Source of the DNA: Pseudomonadota bacterium | GTDB taxonomy: Bacteria > Pseudomonadota > Gammaproteobacteria > Acidiferrobacterales > UBA6901 | NCBI GenBank assembly: GCA_021785515.1 | Contig: JAJYEX010000001.1 | Span: 514,196-578,195 of the forward strand | Reading direction: 5' to 3' | DNA: 64,000 nt | Shown: piece after piece, positions 1 to 9,681 of the stretch | How positions within the stretch are numbered: the first letter of the stretch is position 1 | How the letters are laid out: the number at the start of each line of letters is the position of its first letter | Made by a program: the position numbers and the translations under genes | The notes under the pieces: generated by a model | The model's input: the letters and a program-made list of their open reading frames with translations, nothing else | Database searches by the model: none | What the model was told of the DNA's origin: nothing

Positions 1-173
1 GTGCTGGGGCTGGCTCCGGGGTAGGCGGTGGTAACGGTGACCAAGGTGCTGGTGACTTTCGGGTACTGGCGTACGGTCATCGCCAGCCATGCCCGCACGC
101 CGAGCAGAAGGATCACCAGGCTCAGCGAACTCGCCAGTACCGGTCGCCGTATGAAAATATCGGTGAACTTCAT
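1..173 (-). CDS. RND (AcrB-type) efflux permease, N-terminal fragment running off the left edge
   Basis: Reverse complement of 121-173 reads ATG AAG TTC ACC GAT ATT TTC ATA CGG CGA CCG GTA CTG = MKFTDIFIRRPVL, the canonical RND permease N-terminus. It starts 12 nt after the adaptor gene on the same strand. Confidence 0.75.
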   Translation of the reverse strand, partial: MKFTDIFIRRPVLASSLSLVILLLGVRAWLAMTVRQYPKVTSTLVTVTTAYPGASPS

Positions 174-185
174 CGCCCGCGAACC

Positions 186-1286
186 TCAGCGCTTTTCGTC
201 ATGAACCGAAACAAACATGCCGCTGCGCAGCTTGATCTGGCCCGCAGTTACCACCTGCTCTCCGGCCTTCAGTCCGGAAAGAATCTCGGTAACAGCTCCG
301 CGCGTCTCGCCCGGATGGACTGGTCTGGCGATCGCTACCTGCATCGTCCGCCCCGCCATTTTGCGGTTCTGCACAACATATACGTAATCGCCGAAAGAGC
401 TGTAGCTGACGGCCACCGTCGGCACCACCAACACCGGCTTGGTAACACCCGCCGCGACTGTGGCTTCCGCGAACATGCCGGGACGCAGCAGCAGCTTCCG
501 GTTCGGCAACGTGGCTTCGACCGCTACATTGCGGGTCGTCGGATCGATCTGGGAATCGAGCGCCCGCACACGTCCGGCAAACCGGCGGCCGGGAAACCCG
601 TTGACACCGATTGAAACCTTCTGCCCGGGGCGAATGAGACCGGCCTGGTCTTGCGGCACGGTGAATTCCACGCGCAACGGATCCCAGGAATTGAGGGCGG
701 CTATCGTGACACCCGGAGTCAAATACTGGCCCAGGCTCACCTGGCGAATGCCAATGCGTCCGGAGAACGGAGCGGACACCGCCAGCTTAGCCAGGGTTGC
801 CCGGTCATTTGCCACCGCGGCGCTGGCCATTTGGTACGCAGCGTGCGCTGCGTCCAGGTTCTCGCGGCTCGTGGCATGCAGACGATAGAGGCTGCGCGCG
901 CGTTTGTAGTTCTGGCGGTCCAGCGTCTCCGACGCCAGGTCGCCAGAAAGCTGCGCCAGCTGGTTCGAGTCATTGATCTGTATGAGCCGCTCGCCCCTCC
1001 TTACGGACTCGCCGGAGTGGAAATAGATGCCGGCAACCTGCCCCGGAAGCTGCGTGGTGAGGCTGATGCCGTTAACTGCCGTCAGGCTGGCTACCGCCCG
1101 GATCCGCCCCTGCCATGGCATCGTGGAGGCACGGGCTGCCGACACGCTGACGATATACGGGCCACGGTGCGTCATCGCTTCAAACGCCTTGCGCGCCCTC
1201 CAGTACTTGAACCCGAAGAGCGCGCCTAGCACTACGGCAACAATAACTGCGGTCCACACGAACGAACGCACACCGGACTTGCTCAT
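186..1286 (-). CDS. RND efflux periplasmic adaptor (membrane fusion protein, HlyD family)
   Basis: 366-aa ORF with an N-terminal TM anchor (FVWTAVIVAVVLGALFGF) and MFP-like lipoyl/beta-barrel segments (GQVAGIYFHSGESVRRGERLIQI). It lies between the OMF and RND genes. Confidence 0.85.
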   Translation of the reverse strand: MSKSGVRSFVWTAVIVAVVLGALFGFKYWRARKAFEAMTHRGPYIVSVSAARASTMPWQGRIRAVASLTAVNGISLTTQLPGQVAGIYFHSGESVRRGERLIQINDSNQLAQLSGDLASETLDRQNYKRARSLYRLHATSRENLDAAHAAYQMASAAVANDRATLAKLAVSAPFSGRIGIRQVSLGQYLTPGVTIAALNSWDPLRVEFTVPQDQAGLIRPGQKVSIGVNGFPGRRFAGRVRALDSQIDPTTRNVAVEATLPNRKLLLRPGMFAEATVAAGVTKPVLVVPTVAVSYSSFGDYVYVVQNRKMAGRTMQVAIARPVHPGETRGAVTEILSGLKAGEQVVTAGQIKLRSGMFVSVHDEKR

Positions 1287-2836
1287 CCGCCAGGTCTCCG
1301 ATTCTTTGAGTCTGCATGGATATCCGCCACCGGACTGGCAGCGTCACCGGAGTGCGCCTCCGGCAACCCGCCGCCAAGTGCCACAAACAGCGCGGCGGTA
1401 TCGGTATAACGCTGTGCCAGCGCCTGCACAAAGCCGATACGGGCGCGGCTGTAGGCCGATTCGGCAGACAGCAGCGCCAGATAGTCGACTGCACCGACCC
1501 GATACTGCGCCTGGGTCAACTTTAGCGTGACGGTTGCTGAATCAAGTTCCGTACGCAGCGCGTCGAGCGTTTCCGTGTCGTGCTGGAGGGCTCTCAGGGC
1601 ATCGGCCACCTGCTGGAATGCCCCGATAACCGTAACCTTGTATTGGGCAAAGGATACATCGTAGGCAGCCTGGGCTGCGTGTTTCTGCGCTTCAAGCGTT
1701 CCGCCTTCAAAAATTGGCGCGGTAAGATCTGCAGCCAGGGACCAGACGCGGTTGGCGGAATCGAACAGCGTGTTCATCTTCCCGCTCTCACCGCCAAAGC
1801 TGGCCGTAATGTCGAGAAGCGGGTACATGCGCGCCACCGCCTCGCCGACGCTGGCGTTTGCCGCCCGCAACTGAGCCTCCGCAGCCCGGATATCCGGCCG
1901 ATTTGCGACCAGCGCGGAAGGAAGGCTCACGGGCAGTTTTCCGGGAAGGTGCATCCCAGTAATCAGAAGTACCTGCTGGTTCCACTGCGCTGGATAACTG
2001 CCGCAGAGCGCGGCCAGCGCATCCTGGTCACGGTCGAGGGCCTGTTTCAGGGACGGGAGCGTCGCCTGATCGGCCGCGAGCTGGCTTTTCTGGGCCACCA
2101 CATCAAGATAGGAGGCCGCGCCGATGTGATAACGCTGCTGCGTCAGGGTGAGCAGGCTCTGTTCGTTAGTGATAATCCGGCCGGTGGCTGCAATCTCGGA
2201 TTGAACCGCGGCCGCACTGAGCGCGGTCTGTACTACGTTTCCAGCAACCGACAGACGCGCCGCGTCCAACTCGTCTCTTGCAATGTCCTCCGCGGCTTTG
2301 ACCTGGCGGTACACCAGCCGGTTGATTCCGAACACGTCCGGGTAATAACTGACGCCCACGGTGCCGGTATAAAGGGAAAAGGTGCTCCCCGCAGACGTCC
2401 CGCCGAACTGGGCGCTGGAATTGCGCAGGCGCTCAGCCGACAACCCGGCGTTCACCTGCGGATAGAAAATGCCCATCGCTGCCTGCAGGTTGGCATGGGC
2501 CACACGTAGAGAAGCGCTTGCTGCCTGGAGCGATGGGTTTCGCGCCAGCGCCATGGCCACCAACTGGTTGAGCCGGTGGGACCGGAACATGCGCCACCAC
2601 GTACCGCGAACGGTCTGCCCATAGTTGAACACCTGGGCGCCCTTGACGGGAGGTGTCGCAACACCTGCCGGCGGCAGATATTGCGTAACCGGGGGCGGCG
2701 CCGGCCTGTGATAGGCCGGACCCACCACACAACCGGCAAGCGAAAGCAGAACGCCAACGGCTGCCAGATTGAGACAGTGCTGACCGAACCGTGATGGCGC
2801 AAAAGAATCCCGCCTGGAGACGCCGCGATTGAACAT
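1283..2836 (-). CDS. RND efflux outer-membrane lipoprotein (NodT/OprM family)
   Basis: 517-aa ORF with a lipobox LSLAGC followed by GPAYHRP, the typical NodT N-terminus. It overlaps the adaptor start by 4 nt. Confidence 0.85.
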   Translation of the reverse strand: MFNRGVSRRDSFAPSRFGQHCLNLAAVGVLLSLAGCVVGPAYHRPAPPPVTQYLPPAGVATPPVKGAQVFNYGQTVRGTWWRMFRSHRLNQLVAMALARNPSLQAASASLRVAHANLQAAMGIFYPQVNAGLSAERLRNSSAQFGGTSAGSTFSLYTGTVGVSYYPDVFGINRLVYRQVKAAEDIARDELDAARLSVAGNVVQTALSAAAVQSEIAATGRIITNEQSLLTLTQQRYHIGAASYLDVVAQKSQLAADQATLPSLKQALDRDQDALAALCGSYPAQWNQQVLLITGMHLPGKLPVSLPSALVANRPDIRAAEAQLRAANASVGEAVARMYPLLDITASFGGESGKMNTLFDSANRVWSLAADLTAPIFEGGTLEAQKHAAQAAYDVSFAQYKVTVIGAFQQVADALRALQHDTETLDALRTELDSATVTLKLTQAQYRVGAVDYLALLSAESAYSRARIGFVQALAQRYTDTAALFVALGGGLPEAHSGDAASPVADIHADSKNRRPGG

Positions 2837-3044
2837 TGCCTTATTCTAAATCAGAAAGTCGGTTAGTCCCGAGAGCCCACACCCAAGAACATAGTAAGCA
2901 AATAATTAGCATTCTACCTAAATCTGCGGGCAGGGCTCAAGTCCTCCGGCGTGCCGACTTGCACCCGCCCGGCAGCGTGAGCGGCCGTGTGGATGCCCTA
3001 CGGCATCGTTCATCCCCCGACGTAAAGCGCGGAATTCCCCCGCT

Positions 3045-3992
3045 TTAGTGAATTACCAGGCGCAGGGCAGCCGCCATGAGGTGACGGTAATGGTCAATCA
3101 GAAGCAGGGTGAACAACAGCGCCAGATACTGGATGGAATATACAAAGGTGCGACGCGCCAGGGCATCACTGTAGTGGCGGTACAGTCCCCAGGCGAGCCG
3201 CAGGAAGCCAGCGTCGAGCACCAGTACGCCGGCAAGGTAAAACCAGCCGCTCATGCCGAGCGCGAATGGCAGGAGTGTGACCGACGCCAACAGGATCGTA
3301 TACAAAAGGATATGCAAGCGCGTGAATTCACTGCCGTGCGTGACGGGCAACATCGGGATGCGCACCCGCGCGTACTCCGGCTGCCGGTAAAGCGCCAAGG
3401 CCCAGAAGTGCGGCGGGGTCCAGACAAAGATAATGAGAAACAGAAGAAGCGCATCCGCAGTAACGTGTCCGGTGACGGCCGCCCAGCCGAGCACCGGCGG
3501 AGCGGCGCCGGCGGCACCACCGATCACAATATTCTGCGGCGTGGCATACTTGAGATAGACGGTGTAGATCACACCGTAGCCGATCAGTGCGGCGCACGTA
3601 AGCACAGCAGTAAGCACATTGACTTCCGTAACCAGCACAACCATTGCGACTGCCGCCAGAATAAGTGCGAAGGAAAGGGCTTGCAGCGAGGTAAGCTGGC
3701 CGGTCGGAAGCGGACGGGAGCGGGTACGCTCCATAGACGAGTCCACCGCCTGATCGAGCAGATGATTGATGCTGGCTGCCGAGCTCGCGGCAAGCGCGAT
3801 ACCGATTGTGCCGAATGCCAACACCCTCCACGGGACCAGACCCGGGGCGGCCAGAAACATGCCGACCATTGCGGTAAACACGATAAGAGCCACGACGCGC
3901 GGCTTGCACAGCTGCAAGAACTCCCGCGCCAAGCCCAGGAATCGCTGCCAGCCCGTAGGCAATGTTGATGTCTCGGTCTGTGTGGTAATCAT
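3045..3992 (-). CDS. ctaB: Protoheme IX farnesyltransferase (heme O synthase)
   Basis: 315-aa polytopic UbiA-family ORF ([38 protein letters not shown]) in cox assembly context. Confidence 0.9.
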   Translation of the reverse strand: MITTQTETSTLPTGWQRFLGLAREFLQLCKPRVVALIVFTAMVGMFLAAPGLVPWRVLAFGTIGIALAASSAASINHLLDQAVDSSMERTRSRPLPTGQLTSLQALSFALILAAVAMVVLVTEVNVLTAVLTCAALIGYGVIYTVYLKYATPQNIVIGGAAGAAPPVLGWAAVTGHVTADALLLFLIIFVWTPPHFWALALYRQPEYARVRIPMLPVTHGSEFTRLHILLYTILLASVTLLPFALGMSGWFYLAGVLVLDAGFLRLAWGLYRHYSDALARRTFVYSIQYLALLFTLLLIDHYRHLMAAALRLVIH

Positions 3993-4098
3993 GGCATCAT
4001 ACCCCAGATGTTCTTAAAGTCCGGCGGCACGTACCGGCCGCAAAAGCGGCTCCGGTCCACACCGCTCTGCTCCGCGTGACCCAGCCTGTGGTCACCCG

Positions 4099-4130
4099 GC
4101 AACAAACACGCCCGGTCCAATTCGGACCGG
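4099..4130 (-). terminator. Candidate intrinsic terminator after ctaA
   Basis: Hairpin CCGGTCC-AATTC-GGACCGG at 4112-4130. On the minus strand it is followed by GCGTGTTTGTTG, an imperfect U-tract. Confidence 0.4.
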
Positions 4131-4166
4131 CCTTCCCAAAATCCGGCAACATCACGGCAGCGTGAT

Positions 4167-5207
4167 TCATCCGGCGTGCACGCGGCGCGGCCGGAGAACG
4201 TGATTCAGTGCAATGACGCCAAGCATCAGCAGTCCTCCAATGGCACCATGGATCATTTCGACCACCAGCGGAAGGCGCAACACCACGTCCATTACGCCGA
4301 CAATGGTTTCACCCAGCAGCAGCACCAGCACCAACATGCCGTAACGGCAGAGGTTGCTGTCGAAACCGACCCGTATCGTGCGCAACGCAAGCCACCCCAC
4401 GTAAAGCAGAACAATCAGCGCCGCCACGCGATGCGCAACGTCAATCGCCGTAATCCCTGCGAGATCGATCATGCCACCGCGGTGATTCACGCCGACGCTG
4501 CGCCATAGCGTGAAACCGTCCACGAAATCCATCGCGGGCCACCATCCTCCCTGGCAGGTCGGAAAATCTGGACAGGCGAGCCCCGCATTGTTTGCGGCCG
4601 TCCACCCGCCCAAAAGGATGAGTCCCACAACCAGTATCAATGCAACCAGCGCTCGGGGCCGCAGGTGCTGGATGCGGGGGTGAGGTGGCACTGGCCGCCA
4701 GAACCGCTGTTCCCGAAGCGTCAGCCACCAGAGTATCCCGACGGTTGCCAGAGCAAATGCCAGGTCGGCCATAGCATACCCAGCCCTGGGATGGCGGCCG
4801 GCAGCGAACTGCGCGAGACCGGACTGCAGAAAGGCCAGGGTTGCGGCCGTCGCGGGCGCCATGAACTGCAACACAAGGAAACGGCTGCGCCGTCTGCGGC
4901 CGAGATCGGCAAGACCGACCAGAACCAGCCCAAGAACAGCCGGCAAGTAACGGTAAATCGCGTCCACCGCGACTTGCCGTTGCAGTACTCCGGGAGGCAA
5001 AACCCGATCCTGCCAGGCCTCGTAAATCTCCCGCGCAGTCAGAGGTGCAAACGGCTTTCCATAACAACTGGGCCACGCATCGCAGCCGGGATTGGCATCC
5101 GACAGCCTGACATAGACCCCGAACAGCAGGAGCGCAAACGCAAATGCCGCGCAGCCAAGCGTAAGCCGAAAGTACCTCGTCGATAAATTGGAGCCGGCAT
5201 TCAACAT
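4167..5207 (-). CDS. ctaA: Heme A synthase (COX15/CtaA family)
   Basis: 346-aa polytopic ORF with paired Cys motifs (CDAWPSC, CPDFPTC) typical of CtaA, adjacent to ctaB. Confidence 0.85.
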   Translation of the reverse strand: MLNAGSNLSTRYFRLTLGCAAFAFALLLFGVYVRLSDANPGCDAWPSCYGKPFAPLTAREIYEAWQDRVLPPGVLQRQVAVDAIYRYLPAVLGLVLVGLADLGRRRRSRFLVLQFMAPATAATLAFLQSGLAQFAAGRHPRAGYAMADLAFALATVGILWWLTLREQRFWRPVPPHPRIQHLRPRALVALILVVGLILLGGWTAANNAGLACPDFPTCQGGWWPAMDFVDGFTLWRSVGVNHRGGMIDLAGITAIDVAHRVAALIVLLYVGWLALRTIRVGFDSNLCRYGMLVLVLLLGETIVGVMDVVLRLPLVVEMIHGAIGGLLMLGVIALNHVLRPRRVHAG

Positions 5208-5210
5208 AAG

Positions 5211-5846
5211 CTATCCAACTTGCGACACCTGCAGCAGACGCACGAAATCCTTGCGCATGCCCTCAGGGTTGGCGTCCGGCGGATAGCTCATCATGAGGTT
5301 CCCTTGCGGATCCACGACGTAGATGCGATGGCGATGGTCCGGCAGCCTGCCGTCCAGCGTAAACTGCCCGGCCAGCGATGCAACCGCATGGCGTGGACCT
5401 GTGACGACCCGCATGCCTGGATAGCGCCGCAGCAGCTTTTGCAGACGAGCCATGCCGTGGTTCCCGGTGATCACGAACAGCCGCCGCACGCGTGCCGCAT
5501 TTTCCCCCTGAGCGGCACGCACCTGGCGCATTTTGTACAGATCCTGCACACAGGCGCGATGACAGGAGGCAGCCCCGAAGTAGATCATCAGCCATTTTCC
5601 ACGCAACGCACTGAAACGGAAACTCTGTCCGTCGAGCGACCGCAGACTGATGTCCCTTATTGCACGAACTGGCTGAACCAGCTGGCCGTAATTGACTTGT
5701 GAATGTGGCCGCCAGCCGCCGAAATAGAGCAGCGCAGCGATAATCTGCGGGAGAAAAAACACCAGTATAATGAGCAGCAGCTTCAGCCTGCCGCGCGCTG
5801 CCGGCGGCGGCGGTGATACCTGTTCGTCTAGCCTCGTGGTCGGCAT
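5211..5846 (-). CDS. SCO1/SenC-like thioredoxin-fold copper chaperone, membrane anchored
   Basis: Start trimmed to the ATG at 5846, which abuts the SURF1 stop; the track ORF extends to 5924. It has a TM helix, a CxxxC motif (SCHRAC) and a downstream His in HRIYVVDPQGN, as in SCO proteins. Confidence 0.6.
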   Translation of the reverse strand: MPTTRLDEQVSPPPPAARGRLKLLLIILVFFLPQIIAALLYFGGWRPHSQVNYGQLVQPVRAIRDISLRSLDGQSFRFSALRGKWLMIYFGAASCHRACVQDLYKMRQVRAAQGENAARVRRLFVITGNHGMARLQKLLRRYPGMRVVTGPRHAVASLAGQFTLDGRLPDHRHRIYVVDPQGNLMMSYPPDANPEGMRKDFVRLLQVSQVG

Positions 5847-5848
5847 AT

Positions 5849-6607
5849 TCAAGTGTCCGCGGGAACGCGCTTTACATTTACCCAGACGTAAATCACAAGC
5901 AGCGCGACCGCAAGCAGAAACCACTGCCCGGCATAGGATTGATGCATGGCAATTCCGGTATCAAACCGCGGCCACTTGCGCACAAACCCGCCTGCGGGAC
6001 TGTTTGGGTCGAGCAGTACGACCGCGGGCTGCACCGGAAACGGGACTGCCCGCCGGAATCGGCGCATATCCAGGTTTTCCCAAACTCTCGGCCACACGCT
6101 GGATATGGGCTTTGGGCGCGCCAGAGTAAAGTAATGGGCACTAGGAATCATGGCAACGCCGCTGACCACCTGTTCCCCTATAGGCGTGGCATATAGCGGC
6201 AGGTGGGCACGGCTCTGCCCCATCGGGATCCAGCCGCGATTGACCAGAATCCGGGTATCGCTGCCAGCGATCCGCAGCGGCGTGATCACGTCGTAACCTG
6301 CAAAGCCGTTATGCACCTGATTGTCGAGCAGAAATTGATGGCGGGTGTCGTAAAAACCCGTGGCGACGATACGGGAATAACGCAGGTCATCAGCCTCCAG
6401 GAGTTGCCGGCCGATGGTCAGCGGGTGGCTCTGCGCGTGCGCTTCGATCTCTGCTTGGACATCCTGCGCCTTGCGGGCCCGTTCGAGCTGCCAGAAACCA
6501 AGCGCGACGAGCAACGGAAACAGCAACAGGGCGGCAAGCGTGGGAACAAGACCGGGACGAAAACGGATTCTGGACGTCGACATGGGAAAACGAGGCTTTT
6601 TGCGCAA
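5849..6607 (-). CDS. SURF1 family cytochrome oxidase assembly protein
   Basis: 252 aa with RFRPGLVPTLAALLLFPLLVALGFWQLERARKA, the characteristic SURF1 N-terminus, and a C-terminal TM helix. Confidence 0.85.
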   Translation of the reverse strand: MRKKPRFPMSTSRIRFRPGLVPTLAALLLFPLLVALGFWQLERARKAQDVQAEIEAHAQSHPLTIGRQLLEADDLRYSRIVATGFYDTRHQFLLDNQVHNGFAGYDVITPLRIAGSDTRILVNRGWIPMGQSRAHLPLYATPIGEQVVSGVAMIPSAHYFTLARPKPISSVWPRVWENLDMRRFRRAVPFPVQPAVVLLDPNSPAGGFVRKWPRFDTGIAMHQSYAGQWFLLAVALLVIYVWVNVKRVPADT

Positions 6608-6668
6608 ACCAGATTCGAGTTAAACTTAGTATACTTCAATTCCTCCAAAAACTTATCGGGGACCTCCC

Positions 6669-6890
6669 ATGCCTACCCCTTTGATTCTACGCATCATCAT
6701 TGTCGTGATGTTGGTGCTGGTAGTCGGAAGCCTGTTTTCGGCCTTGGCATTCCTATATAAAGACAAGGGTCAAGGTACCCGAACGGTCCGGTTTCTGACT
6801 GTGCGCATCGCCCTGTCACTGACGCTGTTTTTCCTGATGATCGCCGGCTTCTATTTCGGCCTGATCAGCCCGCACGGCGTACGCCCCTGA
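6669..6890 (+). CDS. Twin transmembrane-helix small protein (resembles DUF2909)
   Basis: 73 aa with two TM helices separated by KDKGQGTRTVRFLTVR. This family is commonly linked to cox loci. Confidence 0.7.
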   Translation: MPTPLILRIIIVVMLVLVVGSLFSALAFLYKDKGQGTRTVRFLTVRIALSLTLFFLMIAGFYFGLISPHGVRP

Positions 6891-6905
6891 CCGGCAGGGA
6901 CCTGA

Positions 6906-6938
6906 CAGGGGGGTGCTGGCTCGTCCGCCACCCCCCTG
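6906..6938. terminator. GC-rich hairpin between convergent genes (possible bidirectional terminator, no U-tract)
   Basis: CAGGGGGGTG (6906-6915) and CACCCCCCTG (6929-6938) are perfect reverse complements with a 13-nt loop. Confidence 0.3.
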
Positions 6939-6944
6939 CTCGCG

Positions 6945-7790
6945 CTACAGCCAGTACACGAAGATAAACAGCCCCAGCCACACCACATCCACGAAGTGCC
7001 AGTACCAAGACACCGCCTCGAACGCGAAGTGGTGATCGGGCTTGAAGTGTCCCTTGATACTGCGGATCAGCATCACGATGAGCATGATCGTGCCGATGGT
7101 TACGTGCAGACCGTGAAATCCGGTCAGCATAAAAAACGTAGCGCCATACACACCGGCCTTGAGCGTCAACCCGAGATGGGTGTAGGCCATGTAGTACTCG
7201 TGGGCCTGGAGCGCGAGAAAGGTGCAGCCAAGCATGATCGTGAGCACCAGACCGATGATCAGCTGGGTACGGTTGTTCTTGAGCAAACCCCAGTGCGCCC
7301 AGGTCACGGTTGCTCCCGATGTCAGCAGGACCAAGGTGTTGATCGCGGCAATGCCCCAGGGAGTCATGGGCTTGAAGGCCACACCTTTTGGGCCGCTCGT
7401 CGGCCAAACTGCATGAAAGCCTGGCCACTGGATGTGATCGGCTGCGATCCAGTGTATGGAAAAGTGACGCTCAAAAAAGAGCGCTCCGAAGAAGGCCGCG
7501 AAGAACATGACTTCCGAGAAGATGAACCATGCCATCCCCATGCGAAACGACATGTCCACCTGCGCATTGTACGCGGCGCTCTCGCTCTCGCTGACAACCT
7601 CTCCGAACCAACGCATCATCATGAATGCGACGATCACGGCTCCAGCTAGCAAAATCCACGGCCCCGCCCCCAGGTCGTTGATCGTCAGGGCTGTGCCGAA
7701 TGCCATAGAAAAGAGGCCGATGGATGCGGTAAGAGGCCACGGGCTCGGGTTCGGCAGGTAGTAATGATCGTGTGTTGCAGACATGTTCAA
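6945..7790 (-). CDS. coxC: Cytochrome c oxidase subunit III
   Basis: 281-aa ORF ending in HFVDVVWLGLFIFVYWL, with other subunit III signatures. Confidence 0.9.
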   Translation of the reverse strand: MNMSATHDHYYLPNPSPWPLTASIGLFSMAFGTALTINDLGAGPWILLAGAVIVAFMMMRWFGEVVSESESAAYNAQVDMSFRMGMAWFIFSEVMFFAAFFGALFFERHFSIHWIAADHIQWPGFHAVWPTSGPKGVAFKPMTPWGIAAINTLVLLTSGATVTWAHWGLLKNNRTQLIIGLVLTIMLGCTFLALQAHEYYMAYTHLGLTLKAGVYGATFFMLTGFHGLHVTIGTIMLIVMLIRSIKGHFKPDHHFAFEAVSWYWHFVDVVWLGLFIFVYWL

Positions 7791-7899
7791 TCCCCCTCTA
7801 TCGTGATGATTTTTCTGGATCTCGCACTATCAGCGGCAGTGCGGTCTTCGGCCTGGCCGGTCTCCGGACCAGGCCGTTTTGTATCCCGCCGGCGAGCGG

Positions 7900-8019
7900 T
7901 CATCGGAAGAAGCCCCGCACTATGGTGTAGACAAAAAGCGCGAGCGCAACCAGGCCCAGCACAGTTGCTATCCATCTGGCGCGGCGCAGCCTACCAGTAC
8001 TGCTGGTCCTGTCGTCCAT
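7900..8019 (-). CDS. 39-aa single-TM small protein (cytochrome oxidase small assembly protein-like)
   Basis: Not in the ORF track because it is under 60 aa. My translation is MDDRTSSTGRLRRARWIATVLGLVALALFVYTIVRGFFR with a TGA stop at 7900-7902. A GGGGAG Shine-Dalgarno lies 4 nt upstream, and the ORF sits between coxA and coxC. Confidence 0.45.
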   Translation of the reverse strand: MDDRTSSTGRLRRARWIATVLGLVALALFVYTIVRGFFR

Positions 8020-8064
8020 CAACTCCCCGATAACCGTCCAGCTTTCCGCTGCTATCCGCCCGCG

Positions 8065-9630
8065 CTACTTGACCGTAGGGGCTGTGGCAAAGCTGTGATA
8101 GGGCGGCGGTGAACTCAGCGTCCACTCAAGACCTTCGGCCCCCTCCCACACCCTGTCCGTCGCTTTCTTTCCACCCTTGACCGTCTGGTAGACCACATAG
8201 ACCCACAGCAGCTGACTCAGTCCCAGACCGAAGGCGCCGATACTCGAGACGCGGTTCAGGTCAGTAAACTGCAGAGCGTAGTCGGGGATGCGGCGCGGCA
8301 TGCCGGCCAGTCCCAGAAAATGCATTGGGAAAAATGTCAGATTGAAAAAGATGGTTGTTAGCCAGAAATGCCATTTGCCCACGGTCTCGCTGTACATGTG
8401 GCCGGTCCACTTCGGGAGCCAGTAGTACGAGCCGCCCATCATGGCCATCGCCGCACCGGCAAATAGCACGTAGTGGAAGTGGGCCACAACGAAGTACGTG
8501 TTGTGGTACTGGAAGTCGGCCGGCACGATCGCCAGCATCAACCCCGACAGCCCACCGATGGTAAACATCACCAGGAAGCCGATGGCAAACAGCATGGGCG
8601 TCTCAAAACTGAGCGAACCGCGCCACATGGTGGCAACCCAGTTGAACACCTTCACGCCCGTTGGCACCGCAATCAGCATCGTCGAGTACATGAAGAACAT
8701 CTCAGCCGGCGCCGGCATGCCCACCGTGAACATGTGATGTCCCCAGACGATAAAGGACAGAAACGCGATTGACGCCGTCGCAAAAACCATGGACTCATAA
8801 CCGAACAGCGGCTTGCGCGAGAATGTCGGAATGATCTGGGAAATGATGCCGAAGGCCGGCAGAATCATGATATAGACTTCGGGGTGCCCGAAGAACCAGA
8901 ACAGATGCTGATATAGCACCGGGTCACCACCGCCGGCAGCGCTGAAGAAATGGGTACCGAAGTGGCGGTCCATCAGCACCATCGTGACGGTACCTGCCAG
9001 CACGGGCATCACCGCAACGAGCAGGAAAGCGGTGATGAGCCAGGTCCACACGAACATGGGCATCTTCATCAACGTCATGCCAGGCGCACGCATGTTGAGG
9101 ATGGTCACGATAATATTGATCGCTCCCAGCACCGACGATATGCCCAGCATGTGGATCGCGAAAATGACGCAGTCCATTCCGACGCCTGCCTGAATTGACA
9201 GCGGCGCGTACATGGTCCAGCCGGTGGCCGGCGCCCCGCCAGGCATGAAGAAAGAACTGAGCATGAGCGTGAACGCGAACGGCAGAATCCAAAAACTCCA
9301 GTTGTTGAGCCGCGGCAAGGCCATGTCGGGTGCGCCGATCATCATCGGAATCAGCCAGTTGGCGAACCCTACGAAACCCGGCATGATCGCCCCGAAAATC
9401 ATGACCAGACCGTGCATCGTGATAAGCTGGTTGAAGAAGTAGGGCTTCATGATCTGCATGCCTGGCGAAAACAGCTCGGCGCGTATCAGCATCGCGAAGC
9501 TGCCGGCGACAAAGAACATCAGCAGGCTGAATACAAGGTACATCGTACCGATGTCCTTGTGATTTGTGGTGAACAACCAACGTTTCAGGCCGACAGGATG
9601 TTCCGCGTGGGTTGCCGCTACACTTGCCAT
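8065..9630 (-). CDS. coxA: Cytochrome c oxidase subunit I
   Basis: 521 aa with the heme-copper oxidase signatures WFFGHPEVYI and HFHYV. Confidence 0.95.
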   Translation of the reverse strand: MASVAATHAEHPVGLKRWLFTTNHKDIGTMYLVFSLLMFFVAGSFAMLIRAELFSPGMQIMKPYFFNQLITMHGLVMIFGAIMPGFVGFANWLIPMMIGAPDMALPRLNNWSFWILPFAFTLMLSSFFMPGGAPATGWTMYAPLSIQAGVGMDCVIFAIHMLGISSVLGAINIIVTILNMRAPGMTLMKMPMFVWTWLITAFLLVAVMPVLAGTVTMVLMDRHFGTHFFSAAGGGDPVLYQHLFWFFGHPEVYIMILPAFGIISQIIPTFSRKPLFGYESMVFATASIAFLSFIVWGHHMFTVGMPAPAEMFFMYSTMLIAVPTGVKVFNWVATMWRGSLSFETPMLFAIGFLVMFTIGGLSGLMLAIVPADFQYHNTYFVVAHFHYVLFAGAAMAMMGGSYYWLPKWTGHMYSETVGKWHFWLTTIFFNLTFFPMHFLGLAGMPRRIPDYALQFTDLNRVSSIGAFGLGLSQLLWVYVVYQTVKGGKKATDRVWEGAEGLEWTLSSPPPYHSFATAPTVK

Positions 9631-9681
9631 TTTTTTCTCCTCGTTCCTTGCTACTGGCTGTTATTCAGGTACTGGACCGGC

